From positions 20,460,001 to 20,524,000 of the forward strand of contig CM120641.1 in assembly GCA_051362555.1 (NCBI GenBank): 64,000 bases of DNA, given 5' to 3'. A model generated the notes under the pieces. The model was not told where the DNA came from, searched no databases, and was given only the letters and a program-made list of their open reading frames with translations. Shown here one piece after another: positions 13,296 through 26,800 of the stretch; the stretch's first letter is position 1; every line of letters begins with the position of its first letter. Position numbers and translations under genes: made by a program. This stretch comes from Lingula anatina (lineage: Eukaryota; Animalia; Brachiopoda).

Positions 13296-16200
13296 CTAGA
13301 GAGATAAAAACAAAAACAAATATATAAATAATTATTATCAATTCATTGGTAAGATGCAAAAATATAGCTTACTTTGATACCAAAATTCATGAGTCAATTC
13401 AATTACTCATGTATCAGCAAATAATTCTTCATTTGAGAATTGAGTTGTCTTAATATGCTGGTTATTATTAGTGACAAACAAAATAACCTGTAGCTCTTGT
13501 ATTCATGAATAACAAGGTATAGTCTTTGTCTACATCAATTCTGTCACTTATCCTCAGTCAAGCAAAAACTAGGAAAGAATTAAGTATTTGAAAGTGAGCA
13601 GTGCCATGTGGACATTCCTCGAACTGTGTCTGTAAAATTACCAGTTTTTCTGTAAATATGCAAACAAAACTTTAATACCATGTTATAACATCCATAAATA
13701 TGTTGCATCAACTATATTCAGTAACTGCAGTTAGCTAAATGAGCTACTCTGACGTAAAGAAGAACTATATAAAACAGTAACCTTTTTGCAAATTTTCTAC
13801 AAAAAAGTACCCAAAGCCTGAAACAGATTATAAACAATTTTGGTATTTCACTAAAACCAAACTTAGTCTAGTTTTATGCATACATGCATTAGGTACATAC
13901 TCTCATGAAGCATCCTGTGTCTTTTCAAATTATATTAAAGAAAATTCTATGCATCTTGTGCCTACTAGTAAAAGTAGTGGGTCAGCAATAGGTGGGTGGA
14001 ATGTCTCTGACAGTAGACAAAAACACCTGTAATCTTCAAACATCCTCAGGGGACAGGTAACACTAGTCTAAGCCTCTGAAGAGTGGGTGAACATTCCACT
14101 GATATTGTAATATGTATATTGAAGTGAGGACAAAAACATTTTCACATGTTTGCTAATACCAGTGAGAAGAGTGCTTGGAATGTCCTGTTCTTTGGGATTA
14201 TAGGAATCTCACCTTGGGTAAAGTTAATATACAGCAGCTTGTATTTATGTCTTCTTCATAATTTGCAGTTAGTTTTCCTTTTTCTTTCTCCCCTCTTTAT
14301 TTATTTTTTTATTTTATTTTTTTTTTTTTTCGTGATACTATATTGGTTAGTATACCTTCTTCGGTAACTTGCAGGCAGTTTTTCTTTCTTTTCTTATTTT
14401 ACAACAAACATCACACTGGCAATTGTGACCCTCAATACATTGATGTCCATAAGATTGTTTTCTGATCCACAATGTTAAAGCATATTTGTGATAACTACAT
14501 GATTAAGGTCAAGGCTTTAGTGTCTTAGAACAAGTTAAGCATAGCTACCCCTCATTAATATTAATCCATGTGACACCCAACAGACCTACCCACTCAATAT
14601 CATATGAGAACATGTCTGTAACCTGAATCAGATCAATATTGTCTTTATGAAGCAGTCAATTTTACCATTACCCTAACTCTCTGCCTGTATTTTTTTTTTT
14701 TTTTCATATCAACTGTCATAGGTCTTACCTTACTCAAGGTAAACAAGAGGACTTGGGCATGTACCTATGTAATTAGCAAAGATCTAAGATAACAGCTTCT
14801 TATTAATACACCTTGTGTGTATGACTGTGCTATGGGGTTATTAAGAAGATCAATTCATCATGCTGGGTTGCAATGGGTTTTCTAGATTACTCTGTACCTC
14901 TGGCAAATAAAAAGCCAGACAGATAAACTTCTGCTCCTCAACAGTGTCCTCCAACCAAATCAAATACAAATTGGAATAATAATAATAAAAGTTATTAGCA
15001 ATCAAAATACTACATGTGAGTTAATTATCTCTTGACAGAAATTTAATTTTACAGTTTAACTTCAATAACAATTACTAATATGATATTCATATTAAGACTA
15101 TGAGAGATGGAACATATCTTGAGATACATCAAGGGTTAACTACCAAAGATTTCAACTACATGTCATGTTTTGCCAATATCACTGCTCCCTGTTATCAGAC
15201 CAAAGATCTAACCAGTGTTTTATGTGTGAAGATGTGTCATCTGGCCAGAGAAAGACAGACCACTCTCCTTCATTGATTGTATTATTAGATAACAGCCAAC
15301 TGGTACAAAACCTCACGAATCTGGCAATGACTGGAGACCCCAGGCAAAGCTTAGTGAATTCAGTCTATTATATACCAGGACAATAGTAAAGGTGATATAT
15401 ATATATAGAACTTTGGGAGGAGTGGTATGGGTTTAAGCCTTTGATAGGTTTACTGATCGAAGCATCCTTACAAGAGCATCACAATGAACTTTTGATCATC
15501 TTTACACCATAGAACACATTAATGTTAAGATTTCCTTTCCATAATCATCATTCATGGCCTGATACAGATGTAAATTGGGTTAATTGTGTCATTACAGGTG
15601 TTATATGTTGACCACCTATCCCTGCATTAGTGTTTCCTGCTGAATATGACTGAACTAACTGGAACATTTTCTTAGTATCAGAGAATTAACTGTTAACAAA
15701 TATCCTACATGTCTTTTAAATGCCCCAGGTTCAAGGAGTGATGCAAGAAATATTTGTCAGTTTATTTTTACAGAATTTATAATTAACTTTTTGATCCCCA
15801 GGAACCATCAATAATAAATTTTTCAATTTCTTTAAACCTTGCTTTTTTGTCACAATATGAATAACAGACTCTAAATCTTGGCACATTACATTTGACATGT
15901 TTTTGAATTAGCATCCATTTTTTTTTTCAGATGTGATATTATTGTAATTAACATAATAAATGACAGGCATATACAAATTATGAACAACAAATCTGTTTAA
16001 GCTTGATATAAACTGGTGAAAATATAAAACTTTCACAGCAGAACAATTTAAGATGAAGCTGAAGAAGTCCCACAAGGCACTTACATGAACGACATCAGCA
16101 TCAGTAAGTTCATATCAACCAGTATATCTGATATACAGAAAACTGTATAACTTATATCCATTGGGCCCAGAAAATTTGTTAAGTACACAAAAATGCAAGT

Positions 16201-16863
16201 TAGGCAATATTCTTATTATAAATTCTAGCTAATACCAAAGAAAAAAATCTGTTTCAATGGATCTGTATTAGAGAGAATGATAATTGAATTTATAAGTTGA
16301 ACAGCTTCCTGGAGTCTACTGGATGAGTAAGTTTTAAACCTTCCCTACACAAAACATATTATATACTTCAATGACAAATATAAATAAACATTATCAAACG
16401 CAGGCTGGGTCGACGTGTGTTAGTTAATAGACCTCTAAATATGACAAGTATCTACTAGTATATATACTCATGTACCAGTGACTGAGATTAATGTATCCTG
16501 TTTTACTGCGGGTATTGTAATTTGTAAATAAAGCTACCGATCCGTTTATTTACTAGTATGTGTTATCGTGTGTCGGGGTCGGTTTACAGGCGCCCCTTTT
16601 CATTACTAACACCCACGTACTAGCAAAAATATATCTCCGTTAAGAGCTTTCTTCAACCCAGTATACCTGTCCGACAAAATACATTTCACTCATCACGCAA
16701 TTGAAAACTACTGTGAACGTTGCACAAAGCCTCGGGCTTAAGGCTGAATACCACAGCGAGTACATAAGGAAAGTCGAAAAAAAACACCGACATCAAACGG
16801 AAACTAAAGAATCTGCATTCAAATCAATGAGATCTACAGTCACAAAACATAATCTTAACTTAC

Positions 16864-16962
16864 ATCGTCCCACTTGATGAATTTGTTGCCCTTGATAAGA
16901 TTATCCGAAACGACAATCGGCTTCAGCTGGCTCACATGGACACCTGATTTTGCCCCCGCCAT
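16864..16962 (-). CDS. PLCB: Phospholipase C-beta, coding exon 1
   Basis: ATG at 16962, 99 bp, encoding [33 protein letters not shown], then donor GTAAGT. Closely matches the PLCB1 N-terminus [33 protein letters not shown] (recalled). No further exons recognised in 1-13200. Confidence 0.92.
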
Positions 16963-17099
16963 TTACTTGTCTTTCCCATTACTGAAGGTAAATATATTGC
17001 TGAGGGGGTGACAGCCTTCCACCGTCTTGCTAACAGTTTAATCCTTCTCAAATGTACATACACCGACTGACTCAGCAACTTTCTCCTCAACCTCGACTC

Positions 17100-17410
17100 G
17101 TGGACATCGACACTGCTATATAAACTGCAGAAACGCTTATTAAAATTGACCGCACTGTTGTTCAGATGCTCTGAGCGTGACAGCTCCACGCCCCCATTCT
17201 GGCACAGTCTAATTAATGGCAGGTGACTGATCATGTGACACGTTCAAGATGGTGGATAACTTACGTAGTTGTTAGTCTTAGATACCGCCCTATATAAGTA
17301 AAGATACTAGTGCATAGGCAAGAGTTTACAGGGGTTATCGGACAGCTGATCCTGCTACGTGGCTACATAGTGAGGTAGCGCTGGCCTCTAACCATATTTC
17401 ATAAGTAAGA
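17100..17410. promoter_or_regulatory. Putative bidirectional promoter region between PLC-beta and the PhnZ-like gene
   Basis: Genes are head-to-head. Locally higher GC/CpG content, an E-box-like TCATGTGAC (17231) and a YY1-like CAAGATGGTGG (17245). Candidate plus-strand donors (e.g. GTAAGA near 17405) could end a PhnZ 5'UTR exon. Confidence 0.4.
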
Positions 17411-17756
17411 CTTTTTTTAAAAAAATTAATAGCTACATCTTGGAAACTAAGATTAGTTAAACTGTAAGGCAGTCTGTTTTTTCTCACCTCACATTTTTTT
17501 TCTTTATTCATTTTTTATATTTCATTTATTCTTTTTACGTAATATATAATGAATGCACTTAAATTATGTAAATATAGAAAAAGTGCTTGAGACAACTTGG
17601 AAAAAGGTAGTAAGATAAAAAGTGCAATATGTAGATCGATTCGATTAATAGTTCATAAATGCGACCCGCCTGATTATGGAGAAATTGAATCGATATGTGG
17701 CGTAAACGTTTACCACGATTTGAGTTATAGCACGACGGATCATACCGCGTACTAGT

Positions 17757-17886
17757 TACCCTCTACCAGGGCGGCAGATATTATAGGCACATTTTCCACC
17801 AGCCAGAAGAAGATTGACCGTATTTAGCCAGAGACATTATCTGTGAATATCTGGTGAAAATCAATCTGTGGCCGTGGTAGAGGGTA
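17757..17886. mobile_element. Small MITE with TA-flanked TIRs
   Basis: Ends TACCCTCTACCA and TGGTAGAGGGTA, with further inverted matches inside (TTTTCCACCAG / CTGGTGAAAA). Confidence 0.65.
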
Positions 17887-18731
17887 TGTAGGCCTACTAG
17901 TAGGCTTATAAGTAAGTTTTACGTGAGTTGATGTACTATATTTTAAACCCAAATATAATGTTTGCACCACTTCAGCGCTATATCTGAATTTCAGTTTCTA
18001 GACGATGTAAAATGTAGTAAAAAATAAAGATATATAAATATGATTTGGTTACGAGGAGAAGAAAACTAAAACTGTAATGTAACAAATCTAAAATTTTATT
18101 TCACAAGACTTTGACAGTAAAATGGCATACTGATATATATGTAAACTAGATTTCACGTTTGACTTGTGAAGCAATGTGACAAAAACACATGTAAAGCTTG
18201 AGATTATCTATCACTAAAAAAGGGGAATGAATTTAAGAATTCGAAATATTACCTTTAGAGAACGTGCACTTACACTCTGCAAGTATTTAGCCTTTAATTT
18301 CAAAGCATAAGGCCAATATTGATTTAAAAACTGTATTTTCATCACATATATAGAGTATGGTAGTTGAGTCTACTTGACTTAGCTAACCCATTTGTCTTGT
18401 GGAAAAAAACTTTTACCATATCCGACATGTACACCTGTATAAAGAGGTTGGTTTTGTACAGTCTGGAGTACGAATTCTGGCTTTGCCCAAAAAACACAAT
18501 GTAGATGTCGAGAGAGTTTGAAAACGGGTCATTTTTCTGTTTTCTCTGCGCGACGCTAAAGTCGAAAAGATTGAGGGTGCAAATCTGAATAGTCAGATCG
18601 CGTTTCGGGTACAGAAATCTGAAAATGGGTGGCCTATTCCGAGACCAAGTATAATGCGAAATTTCCTAAATTGAGAAGTTAGGGGCAATGTAGATACAAT
18701 AACGTGTATATTCTGCAGGATTATAACTACA

Positions 18732-20243
18732 ATGGGTGACAGTGCTGCCCAGGTCACGGCTCTGTTCAGCTTATACAGGGATTACGGAGAATGCGACTAC
18801 CTGGGTGAGAGCGTGACCCAGGTACAGCATGCCATACAGTGCGCAATGCAAGCGGAAAACGAAGGGTTTCCACAAAAGGTAATTTATAACCAGTTACTAT
18901 GTCGAGTTATAGTTCTTCTTATAATTCTTCTCCTATATTTTACGAAGAAATCTTAAATCGTTCGCTTATTCCATAACTTGCCATGTAAAATGGTGATCAC
19001 GTGGTTATTTTTCAGATGTGTTAGTATACAAAGTATTGGCAAACTGCACTTCCGAAAATGACAAAATAAAAAGGATAATTGTGGTATAGATGTGCAGTTG
19101 TTTCCAGCTCGTGATTGCATCAGCACAGATTCAATCCTTATCGAAGGCGCGCTTACTGCAATCTGTTCTTTCTCAAAAATTCTTCAGCGACCTTCTTATC
19201 AATAAAATAAGGTTTACTTTCAGAGAATTTAAAAAGCTCATGCAAAAGTATCTTTCTCACATACGTTCAGGAAAAAACTAGTAGTCATTTATCATGAAAA
19301 CGTCTGAAAGACCAGTGATGACCGGGAACCTTCAATATTTCAACAAATTATGCGTTGTTTTTCTCTCTTTTTACGTAAGATTTTTCTTTTAATTTGTATC
19401 TTTTGTCAATGCAGGTGATTCTAGGAGCCTTCTTACACGACGTTGGTCATCTTGTCGGCTTGGTACAAAAAAGAGAAAGAATGGAGACCGAAGGGATCAC
19501 ACTTGGTGTCAAGAACCATGAACGCGTTGGAGAAAAATATCTGAAGAGCCTTCGTTTCCCAGAAGAAATAACCACCTTTGTCAGAGGTCACGTAAATGGG
19601 AAAAGATATCTAGTGTATAAGGATCCCGGCTATCACGATAGTACGTTTTTCCCAATAACAATTCGCTCTCTAAATTCGCATTTTGCCGTATTACGGTATT
19701 TTTCCATCTGTAACAGCTTTTTTCCTTTAGTAGAATGCTTTTACAAATCATTTGCAATTTTTAAAGAGAAAGAAAAAAACTTATCAAAACTCTGAAGAAT
19801 TTTATTGTTAAAAAATATCAAAAATAAAGAAATGTGTGATCATTTCCAAACCAACTCCTTTGATTGTGCAAATCGCATTTTATAATTTCAGCTCGGTAGA
19901 ATGCATACATCGTGTGATATTGGTCCTTAGTCTCTTTCTCTCATCTCTCTCTCACACACACACACACACGCGCGCGCGCGCACGCACAATTAAATTGTGG
20001 TTAGCTTTGATGTTCTCAGTTTAATTAAGTTTACTTTCAGAACTGTCGCCAGCCAGCAAGATGACACTGGTTCATCAAGGAGGGCCCATGACTGCAGAGC
20101 AGGCAAAAGAGTTCGAAAAACACCCGCAATTTGAAGCACTTGTACGAATGCGAACGTGGGACGATCTGGCAAAAGACCCTAACATGAGGATGGAGCCACT
20201 GGTGAAATATGAGGAGATGTGTCGAAACTATTTGAAACAATAG
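18732..20243 (+). CDS. phnZ: PhnZ/TmpB-like HD-domain diiron oxygenase (2-amino-1-hydroxyethylphosphonate dioxygenase-like), 191 aa; exons 18732-18878, 19415-19640, 20041-20243
   Basis: Three exons with GT-AG boundaries splice in frame (147+226+203=576 nt). Family motifs present: YLGESVTQVQH, LHDVGH, NHERVG, HVNGKRYL, LSPASKMTLVHQGG, RTWDDLAK. Confidence 0.88.
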
Positions 20244-20310
20244 AAACTAGGAAAATTCTGGAAAAAATAGCTATGTACTAGTAATGAAATAAGGTAAAAC
20301 TTCGACTGCA

Positions 20311-20482
20311 CCGGTGTAACGAAACTAAGGGTCCGTGTAACAGAAAGCCCGCCCTCCATTTAGTTATAATGGTTAGGGTTAGCCTGACCTAAGTGGGTCA
20401 AAATCTAGGGCGAGGTTTACCTGTGCAAATGAATGGGAAGTTGACTCTCTATCATGGGGGGCTCTCTGTCACATTACACCGG
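20311..20482. mobile_element. Small MITE-like element downstream of the PhnZ-like stop codon
   Basis: Termini CCGGTGTAA and TTACACCGG, inner inverted match TAACAGAAAGCCC / GGGCTCTCTGTCA, internal GGTTAGGGTTAG. Confidence 0.55.
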
Positions 20483-22710
20483 GTTTAAATCAGTAATGGG
20501 TGTACTTACAAAGCTCAACTCAGCATGTGCACAGTGCACAACTATACACTGTTAATGTTGGCTACTCAGCGTTTTAAACGTTCCCCCTCCTTTAGTCTAA
20601 TTTTATTATAAATCTGTCCAAAACATAGAATAATTGAAGCTCTGAAACAACTTCCAATCTGACTACTTTAGGACAAACGCAGGGAATATCTTAGCAAAGA
20701 TTTGGATTGTGAAAGACTCCGACAAATTAAGTCACATTTTTTATTATTTCTTCTTTATAGTTAAGTAGGCTTTTAAGATCACACAAAATTTATACCGCGC
20801 CAAAAATTAAAACTGGGGGCTTCCGTTGCCCTTTTATCCCTTGCACACTTTTCAAAAACTGAATCCTTATCTTTATGTAAGAGCTATTGTTTTATTTGTA
20901 ACGTAAAAGTTTTTTCAATTTCACTTAATAAATTTAATCAAATGTATAACTTTTATTTACGGATTGCAATTTTATATATATACGGTTATTATAACTATTA
21001 GCAAAAATAATCCCTTACTGGTAAGTTGCTGGTAAAACGATACAAACCAAAATTTAAGTCTAAAAATTATTAAGTAACAGTTCTTATATGTCCAAATTTG
21101 GGAAAGATATTTAAGTATGAAATAAATGAAAACAAAGGCGACTAAGACATTGTTTTAAATAAGTTGAGTATTTATTTTTTGGGGGACAACACTTATAACT
21201 AGGTCACACATAACTACATAGCGAATAAGGCAGACTTACGCACCTATATATCTATGCTTGATGATAGAAATTTACAAAATGAGTGATATGTGTAATTAAC
21301 TAACTAAATAGGCGGTACACACACTGAACATTGGAACTGATGACCGTTTGTTTCTCATTTTTTGTTTGTGTTGGAGTGTCTGTTATATATTCTAATAAAC
21401 CGGTAGAAGAAGTACTTCTTGTTTGCCAGGCTATCACACAGTATATATGTCTACATCAAGCACACTCCAGTGCGACATTTGTAACTACTATATGTGTTGT
21501 AAAATGAGTAACCATACGTGTTGTACAAAGTAGCAAGTTTGAAATGTTCCATAATATTTCGAGAAACATACAAACGTTGTTAAAACACTTGCTGCAATGC
21601 ACAGTGCGAAAACCGTCGTATATGATAATGAAAAAGGGTAGCAATACTTTGACATGGTACTGTATATATTGTTTTAAGAGGCAAACCGCCCCGTTTTAAG
21701 CGAGCCTCAGTTAAATGCCTAGATCACACACAAAGAATCATTTTTCAATGTGACACTGACATGCAGATTATGTAATACAAGTACGGAATTTTTCTAAATT
21801 TCAAAATTACATACACTACACATTTTATCCATATGAATGTTCCTTTCGCTGTTGTTTGCTAAATATTGTATAAAAAAAGCAAGACATCTAGCTACTACTC
21901 TTAAAACGACTTGTTACATGTAAGATTGAATGAACATGGCGCTTATTAGACTTACACTGTTAAGTAGGTAAAACTGCTACTGTTTTAGAAGCAAATTTTC
22001 TAATAGTGGCCTGTCTGTGTTTCTCGTCCAACATCTACATGCTCTAATGCAAACACAATTTACGGGAAGAGATTTTCATCAAAGTTCTGTCTCTACGAAA
22101 AATATACGTTATAAATCATACTAACATGCTAAACCCAACGATATACTGCTATAATCAGAGCACCACGCCTAAAAAGCTTTCTTAAGTTTTTGACGTCACT
22201 TGGCAATTATCAGCTTTCCTTTTTATTTTCAAATTACGATCCTCTTAGAGAGGGAAAAACAACTGTTATTGAGCGATAGAAATAGCGCTTTGCAGAGACC
22301 AGCGTTAAAACAAACACAAAGCATTATGCGCCGGAGAAGATTATGCACAATATTTGAAAAAACATATACACGTATCGCTGCATTGCATAAAGTGAACACA
22401 AATATACTTTAACAGCAAGTAATCTGGTTTTCACTTAAATCACCTTCTGTCACGACGCCTTTGACCACGGTCATCAAAATCCTGAGATTAGTATCTCCGC
22501 ATTAGAGGGCAATTCTGTTACGGAATAAAAGGTTTCCAGTAACTTTCTTTAACCCTGCTAAACCAGCCCAAGCGACTGACTGATCATTACTTTCTCCTAC
22601 TCTGACCAAGTTTGTCTTTGCCACACGTTGCCCGGGCTCTTCGCGAGCTCCTTAGTGACGGCGTATCGACGCCGTAAAACGCTAGTTTTACGAAGCCGTT
22701 ACTTGGCATA

Positions 22711-23807
22711 TCACGCCACAACGTCGCTGTCTGGGTAGAGCTCCACAGTTTTACCATCTTGGTTATACGCAGGGGGCGCCGACTGTTCAGATTCGCTAGT
22801 TGTTTGTGGGTCATCTTGATCTTTCATTTTACTATCATACTCTTCCATCTTTTCTTTGGTAAAGCTACTGCTAGCGTCCATGACAACCGCAGAGCACGAT
22901 CTCCTTAAAAGGTAGTTTCTCCATGCTTTTTGGATGATCTTAGCGCACCAGACGTGTCGTTGTCTTTCAAGCAAAGAACTTACCGGGTGGTAATCACCCT
23001 TTCTTTCAGGTTCTGGAAGATCCCCTTCATCTTGAGTTCCTAGATAATTACGAGTCAAATCATCCAAAATATCGACACAGTGTAACCTGTCATTGTCGCA
23101 AATAGTGATATCCAAGTGAACCAGCTGAAAGTAATTTGGCTTCGGAATACAAAGGGGTTCTTCGAGCTCGTCCACAAAATCACAAAGCTGATCAAGTCGG
23201 ATAAAATTGGTTGCTTCAGGGTCATACTTCTCCCAGGTTTCGTAAAAAAGGTCGATGTCGTCTTGCGTTAGCCCGGTCTGTACGTCTTCTGTGGCCTGAC
23301 TAAAGTTTTCCAAGATTACTGCTATATACATGTTGACGATGACCAGGAAACTTATAAGTAGGTAAGTTACAAGGTAAGCGACCGCCAGGCCTGGATTCCC
23401 ACAGTCTCCCGGTTCTTGAGAATCTGGCGGGGCTTCTGTGCAGTCAGGCGGTTGTATGGAGAGCCCCGCCAATACGCTTTCCCAACCCGCGGAAGTGCAC
23501 ATTTGAAACAGTAATATAATGGCCCTTCCAAAGGTCCGGAAATTGAACTGATCATCGATGCCGTTATTAAACTTAACGTTCATAAAGAATGACATCCCGA
23601 ACGTTCCCCAGATAAACATCACCAAGAAAAGCAGAAGACCAATGTTGAAAAGGGCTGGCAAGGACACGGCAAGGGAAAACAGCAAAGTACGGATCCCTTT
23701 TGCTGACTTTACAAGGCGAAGCACTCTCCCCACTCGGAAAACACGTATTACACGAAGTAACGTCGGTGACACCAAATATTGTTCAATTATACCTCCCAAA
23801 CCAACGG
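22711..23807 (-). CDS. Nav1: Nav1 last exon: DIV S4-S6 and C-terminus
   Basis: Acceptor ttttAG at 23808, phase 1. Encodes [37 protein letters not shown]. Confidence 0.97.
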
Positions 23808-26800
23808 CTAAAAGACAAAGAAAAAAGTTTTACTCAGTTTGCCATATATATATTCATGTGGCTTAATGTGCATGTATCGTGTTATATTATGATTGGTTTT
23901 TTCACGTGACGGAAGATTAAAATCTGTGCTTTGACTTAAAAAAAAAAGAAGCTTAATCTTCCCGGTGTGATTCAGATAACAAGTCATTCACTAACAGTTC
24001 ATTAGTTTAACATAAAATTATTAAATAAATTAGTGGTCATAATAATCAATTAATGCAATTGCTTTAAAATGTGTTTGTACCGAAAATGATATATTTTTCC
24101 CGTTTCTGATTGACGACGATAAGATCTATTTTTCAGTTGGATGCACAGTGTTGACGTAAAACACATCTTTTGTCACCCGATTACTTACCGACAAGGGAGA
24201 ATACGACAATAACGAAATCAAACACATTCCACGGTTCCTTGAAATAGTATTGTCTCAAGCAAAACAGTTTCAAAACGCACTCCACAGTAAAGATTCCAAT
24301 AAATATAAAGTTTATCACATTTAAAACTTCAGTAAACTGGTCTGATTGGCCGTAGTGCTCCAACGCCATGGTCAGCATATTAAGCATGATGCACACCATG
24401 ATCACAATGTCAAATTTCTGATTCACGCAAAGATGGAAAATCCACAGCTGTACTTTTAACTGGAAATTAAGTAAGGCAACCATATAATAAAAAAGTTGTC
24501 AGGTTTTTATACAGTCACTTTTAACTTAGATACAACTGTAGTTAGAACAATGGGCAAAAGTCTGGGATGTGAACTGTTATTGAAAAAAGTGTGTACTTGG
24601 AATTAACCTCGTCCCAATAAACATTGAAATAATAAGCCTTATGAGCATCAAGTACTTGTATTACTTTACATGTATCGTGGCGTAAGACGCTTTGTGAAAA
24701 ATATCTGAGGGGGATACCCTGGCAAATAATTATAAAGTGTATATTGTATGTGTAAAGTCACAACCAGTTCTTTAATACCCGGGAGGGACTTGACACTATG
24801 GCGGTATGCTGCAAGAACTGATATGATTTACCTTTGGTTTAGGTATAGGTTTCTTTGGTTCTTTCCCTCCTAATTTTTTCATTGCATTGTAGTATCTTTT
24901 CTGATCTTCGGTCATAAACATTTCTAGAGATCCTCCTGCGTAAAGAAAGGAGTGGGATCATAGAGCAAAGATGTATTATAAGAACATAATATTCTACATT
25001 AATCATGACCTAAAACAAAATATAGCTATATAATATAATAAGGCACATGGAATCCGCTATAAACTAAATATAAATAATCAAAGGAATATACGAATCGGAG
25101 TTTTTAATTACAATCGTTCCTATATTAATTGAGTAATTATATGTGCTGTCTTCGTAGAACTGAGTAAAATCTATAATTTATCATTCTGCGTGAAAAAATT
25201 TATGGCCATTCATGAGGATGATGATCGTTAAAGGTAAAACGAAATCATGTAATAAAAGTGGTGAGGCTTTAAGTTAAGTCCCTGAGAGGTCATAATTTAC
25301 ATAAATTCCAAATGCACTCGCCAAACACACCATTGTCACACTATATAACTTCAACATATTTTAGAATGTGGTGATAATTTCAAAGTTGATAAACCAACGT
25401 GTGGTAATTTGGCCTAAAGATGTTTCAAGCATAAATTGTGGAACAACACAGTTAGTGGCAGAACATATCGCATGTTTCCAAGAAATTTAAATTACGTTAG
25501 GTTAATTTATTTAACTCGCACAATTCATTTTTTCGCATGGCTCATGGTCGCATAGACCAAGGAAGTACATGTTCTTCCATGATTAGACAAAACCAAACGT
25601 GCTGTAACCTACACTTTTTCAATGTGTTCAAACGAAAAAACAAAGATACGAAAGGCAACACACTAGTGTAAGGAATAGGCATTAGCATCTACGCATTTCA
25701 AGCCAAAGGCGGCGATTTATTAGCGTTTTTCACTGCACTTCATATTATGTGCGCCTCAGTATGTGTTTTCGATTTTTTATACCTTATGTGGTTTTGAGTT
25801 TTTTTTTTTTTTTTTGACATGGTACATATATGTCATGTTATACATGTACTTATCATATTTATATTAAAAACGGTTTTATTTCGTCACTTATAAATCGCCA
25901 CCTTTCCACTATGGCCTATGTAAAGTTGACGAAAAAAATGGTTAACTAAAGATGACGAGCACAGTTTAAGAGATCAAGTGTAGGTCACATGTGCAGAGAG
26001 AGAAAAAAAGACAGAAGCACTAGATATTGTTTGAACTAGATTAGGTAAGACTATATCAGGATTTCAATAAGCTTTACCGCGAAGCTCTTGCATGCAGATG
26101 GAGACAGCTCATCAACTATCCGAAATACGCATGCGCATGCTGGACATAGATGACTTCTGAAATAATTAGTCACGCTGAGATTTAAAAGAAATTCACATAC
26201 AAGTTTATGTAAAACAACGGAAGCCGGCCTGCAGCCCCCCCCCCCCCCCAAAAAAAAAAAAAATACATTAATAAACAAGTATGAAGGAGAGCCGACATGA
26301 AATTCCACTGGCCCAAAGCCTGATAGTTCATAGAAGGGTTTCTCTGAGTTCAGCAAAAGCTGGGGAAAAGAATGACAACATCATTTCATTACAAAAAATG
26401 GAAATACAGTTAAATATTGGGAAAACATGACAAAGTTAACACGTATCTTCTTTTTCTGTGAGTTGAAATTCTCAATGATAACACCAATGAAGAGGTTAAG
26501 GGTGAAAAAGGAGCCGAAGAGAATGAAGATGACGAAGTAGAGGTACATCAGGACGTTGTGCTCTCGCCGTGGTTGCATGTCCACCTGAAATTGAAAGAGA
26601 AACATTGTAAAACAGACGCTTCGCCTGATGCCCATAAATGAATATACTATTTTCACTTACTAGTTGGGTATTTGATTTGATATAAGTATCCCATGCGCAA
26701 CTACCATCTCACGGATATTCACAATGTATAAAACACCATCTTTGACTTGGCTGGATGTTCAGTTGACATGGAAACAGTGTCTTAAAAACGCATCCGTCAA

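Noticed and set aside
16932-17234. 100-aa minus-strand ORF
   Set aside because: It overlaps the PLC-beta start in a different frame and has no recognisable homology.
22587-22814. Alternative-frame ORF across the Nav1 stop, or stop-codon readthrough
   Set aside because: The stop context is TGA-TAT rather than the leaky TGA-CTA, an in-frame TAA follows three codons later, and the peptide is unrecognisable.
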